Of a DNA stretch of 64,000 nucleotides, positions 1-8,473 are shown one piece after another. The position numbers and the translations under genes are program-made. Source of the stretch: an uncultured bacterium (GTDB lineage Bacteria > Patescibacteriota > Microgenomatia > Levybacterales > UBA12049). How positions within the stretch are numbered: position 1 is the stretch's first letter; each line of letters starts with the position of its first letter. The stretch spans positions 298,814-362,813 of the forward strand of contig CAWGXL010000010.1 in assembly GCA_963826535.1 (NCBI GenBank), in the 5' to 3' direction. The notes under the pieces are model-generated. The model saw only the letters and a list, made by a program, of their open reading frames with translations, was not told the origin of the DNA and ran no database searches.

Positions 1-1193
1 TCGCGCCGGTGATAATTCATTTTTTGAGCAAGATCCCGATATGCGACCATCTGTCGGTAAGTACCGCTAATCGGTAACAAATATTTTGGTTTAGTTAATG
101 CGATAAGTAATTGAAGATCACCTGATGACCCATGCCCTGAAACATGGAAATCGTCTGAAATTTCCGAGTAAAGAACCTGCACACCTTTTTTGGATAATGC
201 ATCGATCAAAGAATTAACCGCTATCTCATTTCCCGGAATGATATCAGATGAGAGAACGACAACGTCGGCAGGACCAAGCTTTACATCTTTATGTACTCCA
301 TCAGCAATACGTGTCAATGCCGAATTTTCTTGTCCTTGACTGCCTGCAACCAAGAACAACACTTGACTATCCTTATATCTTCGCAACTGATCTATTGGTA
401 TTTCCATACCTCTGGGAATATGCATATATCCCAAACGCTCTGCAATAGTTTTAACTTTTATCATCGAACGACCGACGAAACAAACTTTACGGTTAAATTT
501 TTTAGCTGCCTGAATAACTTGGTTCATGCGTAAGATGTTAGAAGAATAAGTAGTTACAATAAATTTTCCGTTTGCCCCCCTCATTTCCCGCTCAAAATTA
601 GCAGATAGCCCTTCTTCGGAAGTAGAAAACCCGCGTCTATCAGAACCAAGTGAATCTGATAGAAGACAAAGTACTCCTTCCTCCGCGGCTTTAGCTATTT
701 TTCCGAACTCTGTTCTAATTCCGTCTGCAGGTGTAAAGTCAAATTTAAAATCGCTGCCGTGGTAAAGATTGCCAACCGGTGTATGAATAATAATATTAGC
801 ACTATCCGGTACAGAATGCGTGACTCGCAAAAATGTCGCGCTGAATTCACCAAGTTGTACTACGCTATTATCAAATTTAATTGTTTGAACAGCCGGCTTC
901 AAACCAAATTCCGAAAGCTTTTCATTTGCTAACGCGGCAGTTAGTGGGGAACCATATATTGGAAAAGGTGGTAGCTGCGGAATAATAAAAGGTAATCCGC
1001 CGATGTGGTCTTCATGCCCATGAGTAAGCACCAGTCCTACTATCTTTTTTTTCGCCGAGCCAACCGGCAGGCAAGTTGAAAGTAGATATGAAATATCAGG
1101 AAGCAATAGATCCACTCCCAACATTGTTTCATCAGGAAAACCCAATCCACAGTCTACAATGAGTATTTGATCTTTATACTCATATACGTACAT
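1..1193 (-). CDS. rnj: Ribonuclease J (metallo-beta-lactamase/beta-CASP RNase), 5' part; C-terminus runs off the window start
   Basis: Minus-strand translation reads MYVYEYKDQILIVDCGLGFPDETMLGVDLLLPDISYLL...IVGLVLTHGHEDHIGGLP, the HxHxDH motif of RNase J. ATG is the complement of 1191-1193, with an in-frame TAG just upstream. Not in the ORF track because it is open at the window edge. Confidence 0.8.
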   Translation of the reverse strand, partial: MYVYEYKDQILIVDCGLGFPDETMLGVDLLLPDISYLLSTCLPVGSAKKKIVGLVLTHGHEDHIGGLPFIIPQLPPFPIYGSPLTAALANEKLSEFGLKPAVQTIKFDNSVVQLGEFSATFLRVTHSVPDSANIIIHTPVGNLYHGSDFKFDFTPADGIRTEFGKIAKAAEEGVLCLLSDSLGSDRRGFSTSEEGLSANFEREMRGANGKFIVTTYSSNILRMNQVIQAAKKFNRKVCFVGRSMIKVKTIAERLGYMHIPRGMEIPIDQLRRYKDSQVLFLVAGSQGQENSALTRIADGVHKDVKLGPADVVVLSSDIIPGNEIAVNSLIDALSKKGVQVLYSEISDDFHVSGHGSSGDLQLLIALTKPKYLLPISGTYRQMVAYRDLAQKMNYHRR

Positions 1194-1405
1194 ATTTCGA
1201 GTGACGTTCCTCTAGACCTCCTAGCGAAATAAAGGAAACAGAATCATGTAGGGGAGGTGGAGTGGTTTTTAAATTTTTCTCTTCAATCATCTTATATTCT
1301 TATTTATACTTGTAATTATAACATACTCCACCCTAGCATAGTTTTTTTGTTAAACATACTACTGATTCAATTGAGGAATACTTTAGCTCTTCAAATAACT
1401 CAACT

Positions 1406-2131
1406 TTAAGGATTTTGCTCCTTTTGCTCCAAATTATTCCTAAACCTTTCTATTATTTGTGGATCCAAAACTGGCTTACTGGAAGTAAGCTTAATTTCTT
1501 TAGTCGCCAAATGTGACAATTCTTCTGCATTTCTAACCTCACTAAATATACCTTTAGCCTCATCGTTTGTAATGTCAGGTAACATTTTCATTACAAGCTG
1601 AAATTGAGCCTGATCTAATCTGGCTCTCATATAGGTTGATACATCATCGAAGTGATACCTCACGTCCGGAAATTGAGACCACATACTTAGGCCTAATCTT
1701 AAAAGCTTCGGTAAATCAGCACGCGGCATCTCATAAATCATTTTATGTCTTTCCCACTCTTCTGTTTGTTTCTCATTTAATTCTGCTAATGGTATTGGGA
1801 GGTTACCTTCTATCCCGTCAGAACTTTCTGTTCTCATCCAATCTTTTTGTCTTGCAAAATCCACATAAATAAAATTTTGGAGCATCTGAGGAAATTCTTT
1901 AATTACTTTATTTGAAACACCATGCATCAGTTCCATGTTCCTATTAAAGGTTTTATTACCCTCAATCTTTAAAGGAGGTCTATTTGCAGTATCCCGTAAA
2001 AAAAAGGGTGCTTCTTGTTTAAATAAATTAGGGTCTATTGCAAATAAAACCGGTAAACGAGGATTATATTTCTTTTCTCTATTTTTTATATCTGCTTCGC
2101 GATGTATCTGATCACCATTTTCTTCACCCAT
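1406..2131 (-). CDS. Hypothetical protein, last gene of the Lon-like ATPase cluster
   Basis: 241-aa ORF 64 bp downstream of the Lon-like ATPase on the same strand. No recognisable motif and no Lon protease S-K dyad (PKDGPSAG). Confidence 0.5.
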   Translation of the reverse strand: MGEENGDQIHREADIKNREKKYNPRLPVLFAIDPNLFKQEAPFFLRDTANRPPLKIEGNKTFNRNMELMHGVSNKVIKEFPQMLQNFIYVDFARQKDWMRTESSDGIEGNLPIPLAELNEKQTEEWERHKMIYEMPRADLPKLLRLGLSMWSQFPDVRYHFDDVSTYMRARLDQAQFQLVMKMLPDITNDEAKGIFSEVRNAEELSHLATKEIKLTSSKPVLDPQIIERFRNNLEQKEQNP

Positions 2132-2195
2132 ACTTACATTTATTATATCAATTTAAATCAAATAAATACAAATTGCATAACCATCAGCAATCCGT

Positions 2196-3521
2196 TTACC
2201 ATTCCGGCATAAATTGCTTAATATTATCGGGAGTGATACGGACAGTCTCAGCCTGACCTGATACAATTAACATAGCTGATTTGCGGCACATATTTGTGAT
2301 AAGACGGTCAAGCCCACGAATACCGGGGTCATAACCCAATGGCCTGACAAGCGGTCCCCATACCTCTTGGTCAATTTGTAATTGTTCCGGTAATAATCCT
2401 GTAACCTTCATAGTTTTAGGCAATACGAAATCCCGGCCGATGACGATTTTTTCTTCATCGTTATAAGAAGGCATGTGAATAATTTCTACGCGGTCAAGAA
2501 CAGCTGTCGCCACACTCGAAATATTATTAGCCGTAGCAATAAATATAATATGTTGAAGAGTAAAAGGATAATCTATGTAATGATCAGTAAAATTGGCATT
2601 TTGTTCCGGATCAAGAACTTCGATAAGTACACCCATAATATCTGCTCTGGCTGTATCAGTCACACGATCAAGTTCATCAAGACAGATAACCGGATTTTTT
2701 GATTTTGCTGAGACAAGTTTTTTAATTATAGCACCCGGTTCCGCATCCGGAAAAAATCTCGATTGTCCCCGCAAGACGCGGGAATCTGCCATACCTCCGA
2801 AAGCAATACGTTGGAATGACCTGCCAAGTGAATCGGCCAAAGCCTTGGCAAAAGTTGTTTTACCCGTACCTGCAAGCCCTACAACGCAGAGTATTGGTGC
2901 TTTTATAATATTATCCATGCCTTGATTGTTTTTGATATTCAACATAATTGACGCTATAAATTCCAAAACCCTTTGTTTAAGCGGCTCAAGACCGTAGTGG
3001 CTCTTATCCATTATTTCTTTAGCCTTTGCCAGATCCAACAGATCCTGACTCTCTAATTTCCAAGGCATATCTACAACCCAATTAACATATCGTGATGTTT
3101 GTTCGTATTCAATAATAAATGTCGAACTCATAAACCCGGAGCTTTGTCTGATTAGCGCAAGACGGGATATCCTTTCATTGAGAATAGTTTTCAATTCGTC
3201 AGGCAATGATGCCTTTTCGATCTTTTCACCCAATTGACGAATTTGGTCATTAGATTTACCATGGTCGGAAACAACACTGATCCCGTTTTTAGACGCGCCA
3301 TTTACTGTGTGATCAAGATTAAGATTTTCAGCAGCAGCAACATTATTCATTTTACTCAAATCCTCACTTTCAGAAGCCAAAGTTGCCTGCATACTATTCT
3401 CAATCTTCATCGGCATATCCCCGCTAGCCATTGCCGCTTTATCTTCAGCACTAGGAGCCGGCGCTGGTGGGGGTTGGGCCGCAGAATCACCTGTGGGTGG
3501 ATTTTGTGAAGAAGGATCCAT
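2196..3521 (-). CDS. Lon-derived AAA+ ATPase lacking LAN and protease domains
   Basis: Walker A VVGLAGTGKTTFAKALA, Walker B ICLDELDRV. Lon-specific pre-AAA helix YVNWVVDMPW...SHYGLEPLKQRVLEFIA and Lon lid helix GIRGLDRLITNMCRK. Ends at ...FMPEW, exactly where the Lon protease domain would begin. N-terminal 100 aa is low-complexity Pro/Ala/Ser. Confidence 0.75.
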   Translation of the reverse strand: MDPSSQNPPTGDSAAQPPPAPAPSAEDKAAMASGDMPMKIENSMQATLASESEDLSKMNNVAAAENLNLDHTVNGASKNGISVVSDHGKSNDQIRQLGEKIEKASLPDELKTILNERISRLALIRQSSGFMSSTFIIEYEQTSRYVNWVVDMPWKLESQDLLDLAKAKEIMDKSHYGLEPLKQRVLEFIASIMLNIKNNQGMDNIIKAPILCVVGLAGTGKTTFAKALADSLGRSFQRIAFGGMADSRVLRGQSRFFPDAEPGAIIKKLVSAKSKNPVICLDELDRVTDTARADIMGVLIEVLDPEQNANFTDHYIDYPFTLQHIIFIATANNISSVATAVLDRVEIIHMPSYNDEEKIVIGRDFVLPKTMKVTGLLPEQLQIDQEVWGPLVRPLGYDPGIRGLDRLITNMCRKSAMLIVSGQAETVRITPDNIKQFMPEW

Positions 3522-3658
3522 ATCTCAATATCATATCCTATTTAACATATAATTGAAAAGTACCAAAATAGTTGTCTAATCAATTTACAGCAAGCTTATA
3601 ATTCCTGCATGAGCATTAATGGCGTAATTTGAAGGTATATATATTTTGTAAAGAAATA

Positions 3659-4465
3659 TCACTCTCGTGGAACCTTCTGGTAGAGATGTTTTTCCAGTGC
3701 GTCAAAAAACGTACGCACACCTCTATATCCTTTTCCTTCTACCTTACCAGCTTCTTCTATTTTAGCTTCAGAAACTAAGAAAAATCCATCTGCTTTTACT
3801 CTCCTCATTCCCGGCTGGCTACCCTCACCGTCAAGACCTACAAACGACCTTTTGTAAAAATCATCCAAAAGATCAGGCTCTTTTAAGATTACTTGCAAAA
3901 ATTTAGTCATTACTACGCGTGGAAACTCTGTAGAGACATGAGCTGGAGTAAAAAAGCCTCTACTATCTACCTGTTCTCTATCTTGGAAAAAATGAATTGA
4001 TAATACCTCATTTTTAGGGTCGGCAATAGATGGCACAACGCTCAAAATATGGGAATTTACTAAATCTGGAAATTCACGCTGAGAACTATATATTCTTTGA
4101 TGCAAATACAAGATTTTGTTTTCTAGGGGGGATATGCGCAATCGGTCAGGTCCATGATCATAAAAGCCCTCAGCATCTGATCTACTTATTTCCACACCGT
4201 TAATTTTTGACCCAGCCGGAAGCTTGCCATGTACGTTTCTTCTGACAATGGCTTTTGCAAATTCCTCAGCCGACAATTTTATTTCTTCTGAACCTCCAGT
4301 TGCTATAATAGTCTCAGAACTGCTAATTTTATCCGCTGGGCGTAACGATTGAAGCGCCTCAACATCTTGTTCCGTTAAACTCCTCGTTTGCAATAAAGCA
4401 ATTAAGGTTTCAGTAGGAATCTGCTTTAATGCCTCCGGCATGGCCGTATCTCCAATTTCTCTCAT
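3659..4465 (-). CDS. Hypothetical protein, first gene of the Lon-like ATPase cluster
   Basis: 268-aa ORF with no recognisable domain. No SD. TATAAT lies 7 nt upstream of the ATG on the minus strand, so the transcript is probably leaderless. Confidence 0.5.
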   Translation of the reverse strand: MREIGDTAMPEALKQIPTETLIALLQTRSLTEQDVEALQSLRPADKISSSETIIATGGSEEIKLSAEEFAKAIVRRNVHGKLPAGSKINGVEISRSDAEGFYDHGPDRLRISPLENKILYLHQRIYSSQREFPDLVNSHILSVVPSIADPKNEVLSIHFFQDREQVDSRGFFTPAHVSTEFPRVVMTKFLQVILKEPDLLDDFYKRSFVGLDGEGSQPGMRRVKADGFFLVSEAKIEEAGKVEGKGYRGVRTFFDALEKHLYQKVPRE

Positions 4466-4577
4466 AAAGGAATTATAACACTTTTTACTTTAAAAACTCA
4501 AAAAAACATGAAAGTACATATTATGACAGTGCATACAGAGATTTTTTCAGCTTGACGACTTTTCTTAATATCCAAAA

Positions 4578-4698
4578 CCACCAATTTAAAGTAAATGGTG
4601 GAGAAATGGTCGAGGCTAATAACCATTTAAATGGTCAACAAATGGACAGTTGAGGCTAAAAAATAGTGACAAAAAAGGGTGAAATGGTGACCATTTTG
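4578..4698. promoter_or_regulatory. Array of AAATGGT/ACCATTT motifs including two perfect palindromes; putative operator between pnp and the Lon-like cluster
   Basis: AAATGGTG at 4593-4600 and AAATGGTC at 4604-4611. Palindrome ACCATTTAAATGGT at 4622-4635. AAATGGAC at 4640-4647. Palindrome AAATGGTGACCATTT at 4682-4696. Two copies of AAATGG-N-GAGGCTAA at 4604-4619 and 4640-4660. Confidence 0.4.
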
Positions 4699-4755
4699 GA
4701 AATAACAGGTTGAACTAAATTCACTAAATAGGGTTGTCCTTAAAAGTAGTAAAAC

Positions 4756-7017
4756 TTATCTGCTGAAGCGTTTTCGTGGCTTACTCTGGAATTTTTCTCT
4801 TTGGAACTGTCGACTTAAAGGATGATCGCGTCGTGTAGGTGGTGCGCTTGAGACTCTTTCCTGACTATAACCTGGTCGTGGTTGTTCACGTTGTTCCGGT
4901 CTCTGAGCTGCCCCTTCATCTTCTAAAATCATACTTAAGTTGACGCGTCCCTGTTGATCAATTTCAGCTACCCTGACCTTAACACTCTGTCCGATTGCAA
5001 CTACCTCCTCAGGACTTTTCACAAACCCGCGACCCATTTTTGAAACATGTACCATTCCCTCTTTCCCCGGTAAATATTCAATAAATGCTCCAAAAGGAAG
5101 AATTCTTTTAACCATCCCTTCAAATAATTCACCTGGAACCACTTCGCGTGTCATGCCCTTTATCCAATCCACCGCTTTCGCGACCGATTCTTCAGACATA
5201 CCTGAAATAGCCACTGTGCCATCATCTTCTACGTCAACTTGTGCCCCGGTCTGGGCTATAATCAACCGGATATTTTTACCTCCCGGGCCTATTATCTCTC
5301 CAATTTTTTCAACCGGAATTTGAATTAACTCAATCTTTGGGGCATATTCTGATACTTTTTCCCGGCGTTTGGGGATTACAGAAAGCATTTTCTCCAGGAT
5401 AAAAAGACGAGCTGTTCGTGCCCTGGCAAAAGTTTCACTTATTTGTTTCAAGGTTATTCCCGGAACTTTAACGTCAAGTTGAATCGCAGTAACCCCTTTT
5501 TCAGTACCGGCTACTTTAAAATCCATATCCCCGGAAAAATCCTCAAGACCAATAATATCCGTTAAAAGTACATATTTATCTCCGTCCGACATCATGCCAA
5601 CTGAAATCCCGGCAATAGGACTTGTAATAGGAACTCCCGCATCCATTAGTGCAAGAGTAGATCCACAAGCAGAAGCCATAGAAGTAGAACCGTTAGACGA
5701 AGTAATTTCTGAGACAATACGAATAGTGTAAGGGAAAACTTTTCTGTCTGGGATTACCGGCATCAAAGCTCGTTCAGACAGGGCGCCGTGCCCGATTTCA
5801 CGCCGGCTTGGAGACATCATTCGCCCCGTTTCGCCAACAGAGTAAGGTGGCATTGAATAATGATGAATATAGCGCTTAGTTTCTTCTCCTTCTGCAGATT
5901 CGATAATCTGTTCCAGACGCGGAGAGCCCAGCGTAACTACAGTTAACGCCTGTGTCAAACCTCTTTGAAAAATAGCCGACCCATGAGTCCTTGGTAAGAT
6001 TCCAACCTCTGCGGATAAATTACGGATCTCATCTATTTTACGTCCGTCAATTCGTTTATTCTTTTCAACAACATCCTTACGGATATATTTGAACATGACT
6101 TTTTCAAATGCCTCAGCAAGTATTTTTTTATCAAACTCTAGGCTAGGGTTAGTGCTTTTTTCCTGATCGTAAATTGTGTTTATTAATGCATCCTGTTCTT
6201 CATGGCCTGTTTCTCTATCAGCCCTGCGTTTTCCGACATCCAGGATTTCTTTTTTGTAAGTTTTTTCAAGTAAAGCGATGGTATCTTTTAATTTTGTATT
6301 TGGAGTGACTAGAGTCTTTTTCTGCCCTACTTTTTTAGTTAACTGTTCAATAAAAGAAATTACCTTTTTTGTTTCTTCATTGCCTAGTTTTATCGCCTCT
6401 TCTATTAACTCCTCCGGAACTTGATTTGCTCCTGCCTCTATCATGACTGATTTATCTTTGCATTGAGAAACTACGAGGTCAAGGTCGGAAATAGCACATT
6501 CACTTGTAGTTGGGTTCAAAATAAATTCATTCTTCCCTTCCTTATCCTTAACCAACCCAACTCTGATTGCTCCAATCGGTCCGTTCCATGGAATGTGAGA
6601 AATAGACAAAGCAGCAGATACTGCAATAAGAGAAAGAATATCCGGTTCGTTTTCTCCATCAACGGATAGAACCGTGATTACTACTTGCACATCATTTTTA
6701 TAATCTTTTGAGAATAAAGGACGAATTGATCTATCTATTAATCTACCGGTAAGAACTGCCTCATCTGAAGGTCGCCCCTCTCGCTTCACCCATCGGCTGC
6801 CTTTAATCTTGCCTCCGGCATAAAGTCTCTCAACATATTCAACACTAAGAGGAAACCAATTAATATCCGGGCGGATATTGCCAGCTACAACAGTTGCCAA
6901 TACCATAGTATCTCCCAAACGCGCCAAAACAGAAGCAGTCGCCTGGGGTGCTAAATGTCCTACTTCAAGGGTTAAAGTTTTTCCGGCAAATTCTAGCTTA
7001 ATTGAGGTTTTTTCCAT
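4756..7017 (-). CDS. pnp: Polynucleotide phosphorylase (PNPase)
   Basis: Two RNase PH-like domains, a KH domain (GPGGKNIRLIIAQTGAQVDVEDDGTV) and an S1 domain. C-terminal basic/Pro-rich tail of about 55 aa. Confidence 0.95.
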   Translation of the reverse strand: MEKTSIKLEFAGKTLTLEVGHLAPQATASVLARLGDTMVLATVVAGNIRPDINWFPLSVEYVERLYAGGKIKGSRWVKREGRPSDEAVLTGRLIDRSIRPLFSKDYKNDVQVVITVLSVDGENEPDILSLIAVSAALSISHIPWNGPIGAIRVGLVKDKEGKNEFILNPTTSECAISDLDLVVSQCKDKSVMIEAGANQVPEELIEEAIKLGNEETKKVISFIEQLTKKVGQKKTLVTPNTKLKDTIALLEKTYKKEILDVGKRRADRETGHEEQDALINTIYDQEKSTNPSLEFDKKILAEAFEKVMFKYIRKDVVEKNKRIDGRKIDEIRNLSAEVGILPRTHGSAIFQRGLTQALTVVTLGSPRLEQIIESAEGEETKRYIHHYSMPPYSVGETGRMMSPSRREIGHGALSERALMPVIPDRKVFPYTIRIVSEITSSNGSTSMASACGSTLALMDAGVPITSPIAGISVGMMSDGDKYVLLTDIIGLEDFSGDMDFKVAGTEKGVTAIQLDVKVPGITLKQISETFARARTARLFILEKMLSVIPKRREKVSEYAPKIELIQIPVEKIGEIIGPGGKNIRLIIAQTGAQVDVEDDGTVAISGMSEESVAKAVDWIKGMTREVVPGELFEGMVKRILPFGAFIEYLPGKEGMVHVSKMGRGFVKSPEEVVAIGQSVKVRVAEIDQQGRVNLSMILEDEGAAQRPEQREQPRPGYSQERVSSAPPTRRDHPLSRQFQREKFQSKPRKRFSR

Positions 7018-7290
7018 TTAATCTTTCAGCCCAATTTTTTTGAGAATATTGGTAACTCGGCTCTCATCAACTTTTTTGAGGAAGTTAATAAGTCGGCGTC
7101 TTTTAGCAATCATTGAGAGAAGTCCGCGTCTGCTATGCACATCATGGTTATGAATTTTAAGATGATCCGCAAGCCGGGCAACCCTCTTAGATAATAGTGC
7201 AATTTGAACTTCAGGACTACCTGTGTCACCTTTTGTGGTTTGGAATTCCGTTATAATCTCTTTCTTTTGCGTTATACTAAGTGGCATCAA
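7018..7290 (-). CDS. rpsO: 30S ribosomal protein S15
   Basis: GDTGSPEVQIALLSKRVARLADHLKIHNHDVHSRRGLL. Stop abuts the pnp start, the canonical rpsO-pnp operon. Confidence 0.95.
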   Translation of the reverse strand: MMPLSITQKKEIITEFQTTKGDTGSPEVQIALLSKRVARLADHLKIHNHDVHSRRGLLSMIAKRRRLINFLKKVDESRVTNILKKIGLKD

Positions 7291-7308
7291 AATTATTATA
7301 CCATGCTA

Positions 7309-8355
7309 CTATTCTTTTGACAATGGCACATTTTTTTCATTTGTCAATTCCTTTAACTTATTAAGATATTCTTTTACAATCCGTTTCACCTTATATATTT
7401 TAAGACCATACTTTTTACTCAATACTGCTATACTTTGCGGGTCTACATTATATAATCCTCTATGACTAACAAAAATATCTTTATCACGCTTTCCAGTTTC
7501 ACCTTGGCTAACAATGTCCAGTGCTTTAATCATATTTTCATATTGTTGTAAAATGTTAATTTCATCAATTGGACTTTCGGTAATTTCAGATGAGATTTTG
7601 TCATGAAATGTTTCGTCACCATCCTCCCCAATAGGATTATCCAAAGATACGACATTTCTCTCCATAAGAGTCAAAAGTTTCTTAACTTGTGATTCATTAA
7701 AGCCTGTCTCATCCGCAATCCCAGAAGCATTTATGGGAGTTGCACCAAAATGCTCTTTTTGAACGCGTTTTACTTTATTAATATCTTCATATTTATTATG
7801 TGGGAGACGAACAAGATCTACTTTTTCCATAATTCCTCTCTGAATACTATTCCGAATCCACCATGTAGCATATGTAGAAAATCTATATCCTTTTCTCCAT
7901 TTAAATTTATCAACAGCCTTAAAAAGGCCTTCATTTCCAGCCTGAATCAAATCCAGGAATTGAAATCGATCACCTATATAATTTTTCGCGATAAAAACAA
8001 CCAGACGTAAGTTGCTCTCTATAAGTTGATTTCGCGCTTTAATATTACCGGAATCTTTTTCTTTGGCAAGTTCAATTACGTCATTCGCAGTTAACAGCGA
8101 ATTTTTCCTGATATCACTAAGATAGATTCTTAAAATATCAAGATCCACATTTTTATCTTTACTGGCAACATAATCAAGAATTCTCTGATCGGGTTCTTTA
8201 AAGCTGGAAACTGCTTCTTGTGCCAAACTTTCAACCTTGTCCAACGATTTAGCATCAGGTTCATTTTCTGAGATCTCCAATTTCCCGACTTCTCGTTCTG
8301 ATTTATTCCCAGTTAAAGCAGTATTTTTTGCTCTTTCTCTTCTTTCTGCACTCAT
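7309..8355 (-). CDS. RNA polymerase sigma-70 family factor (RpoD-like)
   Basis: Region 2 motifs LRLVVFIAKNYIGDRFQFLDLIQAGNEGLFKAVDKFKWRKGYRFSTYATWWIRNSI, and region 4 is present. Start chosen at MSAERRE (ATG complement of 8353-8355) because the track's N-terminal 24 aa are hydrophobic junk. Confidence 0.85.
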   Translation of the reverse strand: MSAERRERAKNTALTGNKSEREVGKLEISENEPDAKSLDKVESLAQEAVSSFKEPDQRILDYVASKDKNVDLDILRIYLSDIRKNSLLTANDVIELAKEKDSGNIKARNQLIESNLRLVVFIAKNYIGDRFQFLDLIQAGNEGLFKAVDKFKWRKGYRFSTYATWWIRNSIQRGIMEKVDLVRLPHNKYEDINKVKRVQKEHFGATPINASGIADETGFNESQVKKLLTLMERNVVSLDNPIGEDGDETFHDKISSEITESPIDEINILQQYENMIKALDIVSQGETGKRDKDIFVSHRGLYNVDPQSIAVLSKKYGLKIYKVKRIVKEYLNKLKELTNEKNVPLSKE

Positions 8356-8473
8356 AATTGAATATCTATGAAAACAAAAACTATACAAAAAGTATAATAG
8401 TATACATTTCCAATAAAAATAATTCAATCAAAATTTTAGTTGACTTAATACAATTTGTTTGATAATATAAATC

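Noticed and set aside
248-533. Two short plus-strand ORFs (248-448, 291-533)
   Set aside because: They lie antisense inside the clearly conserved rnj coding region and have no motifs. They are shadow ORFs.
2038-3509. Multiple 60-110-aa plus-strand ORFs inside the Lon-like ATPase gene
   Set aside because: They are antisense to a gene with unmistakable AAA+ motifs. Spurious.
4578-4698. Possible CRISPR array (short repeated AAATGGT units)
   Set aside because: The units are 7-8 bp with irregular 3-25 bp spacing and mixed orientation. That is far too short for CRISPR repeats, and no cas genes are present.
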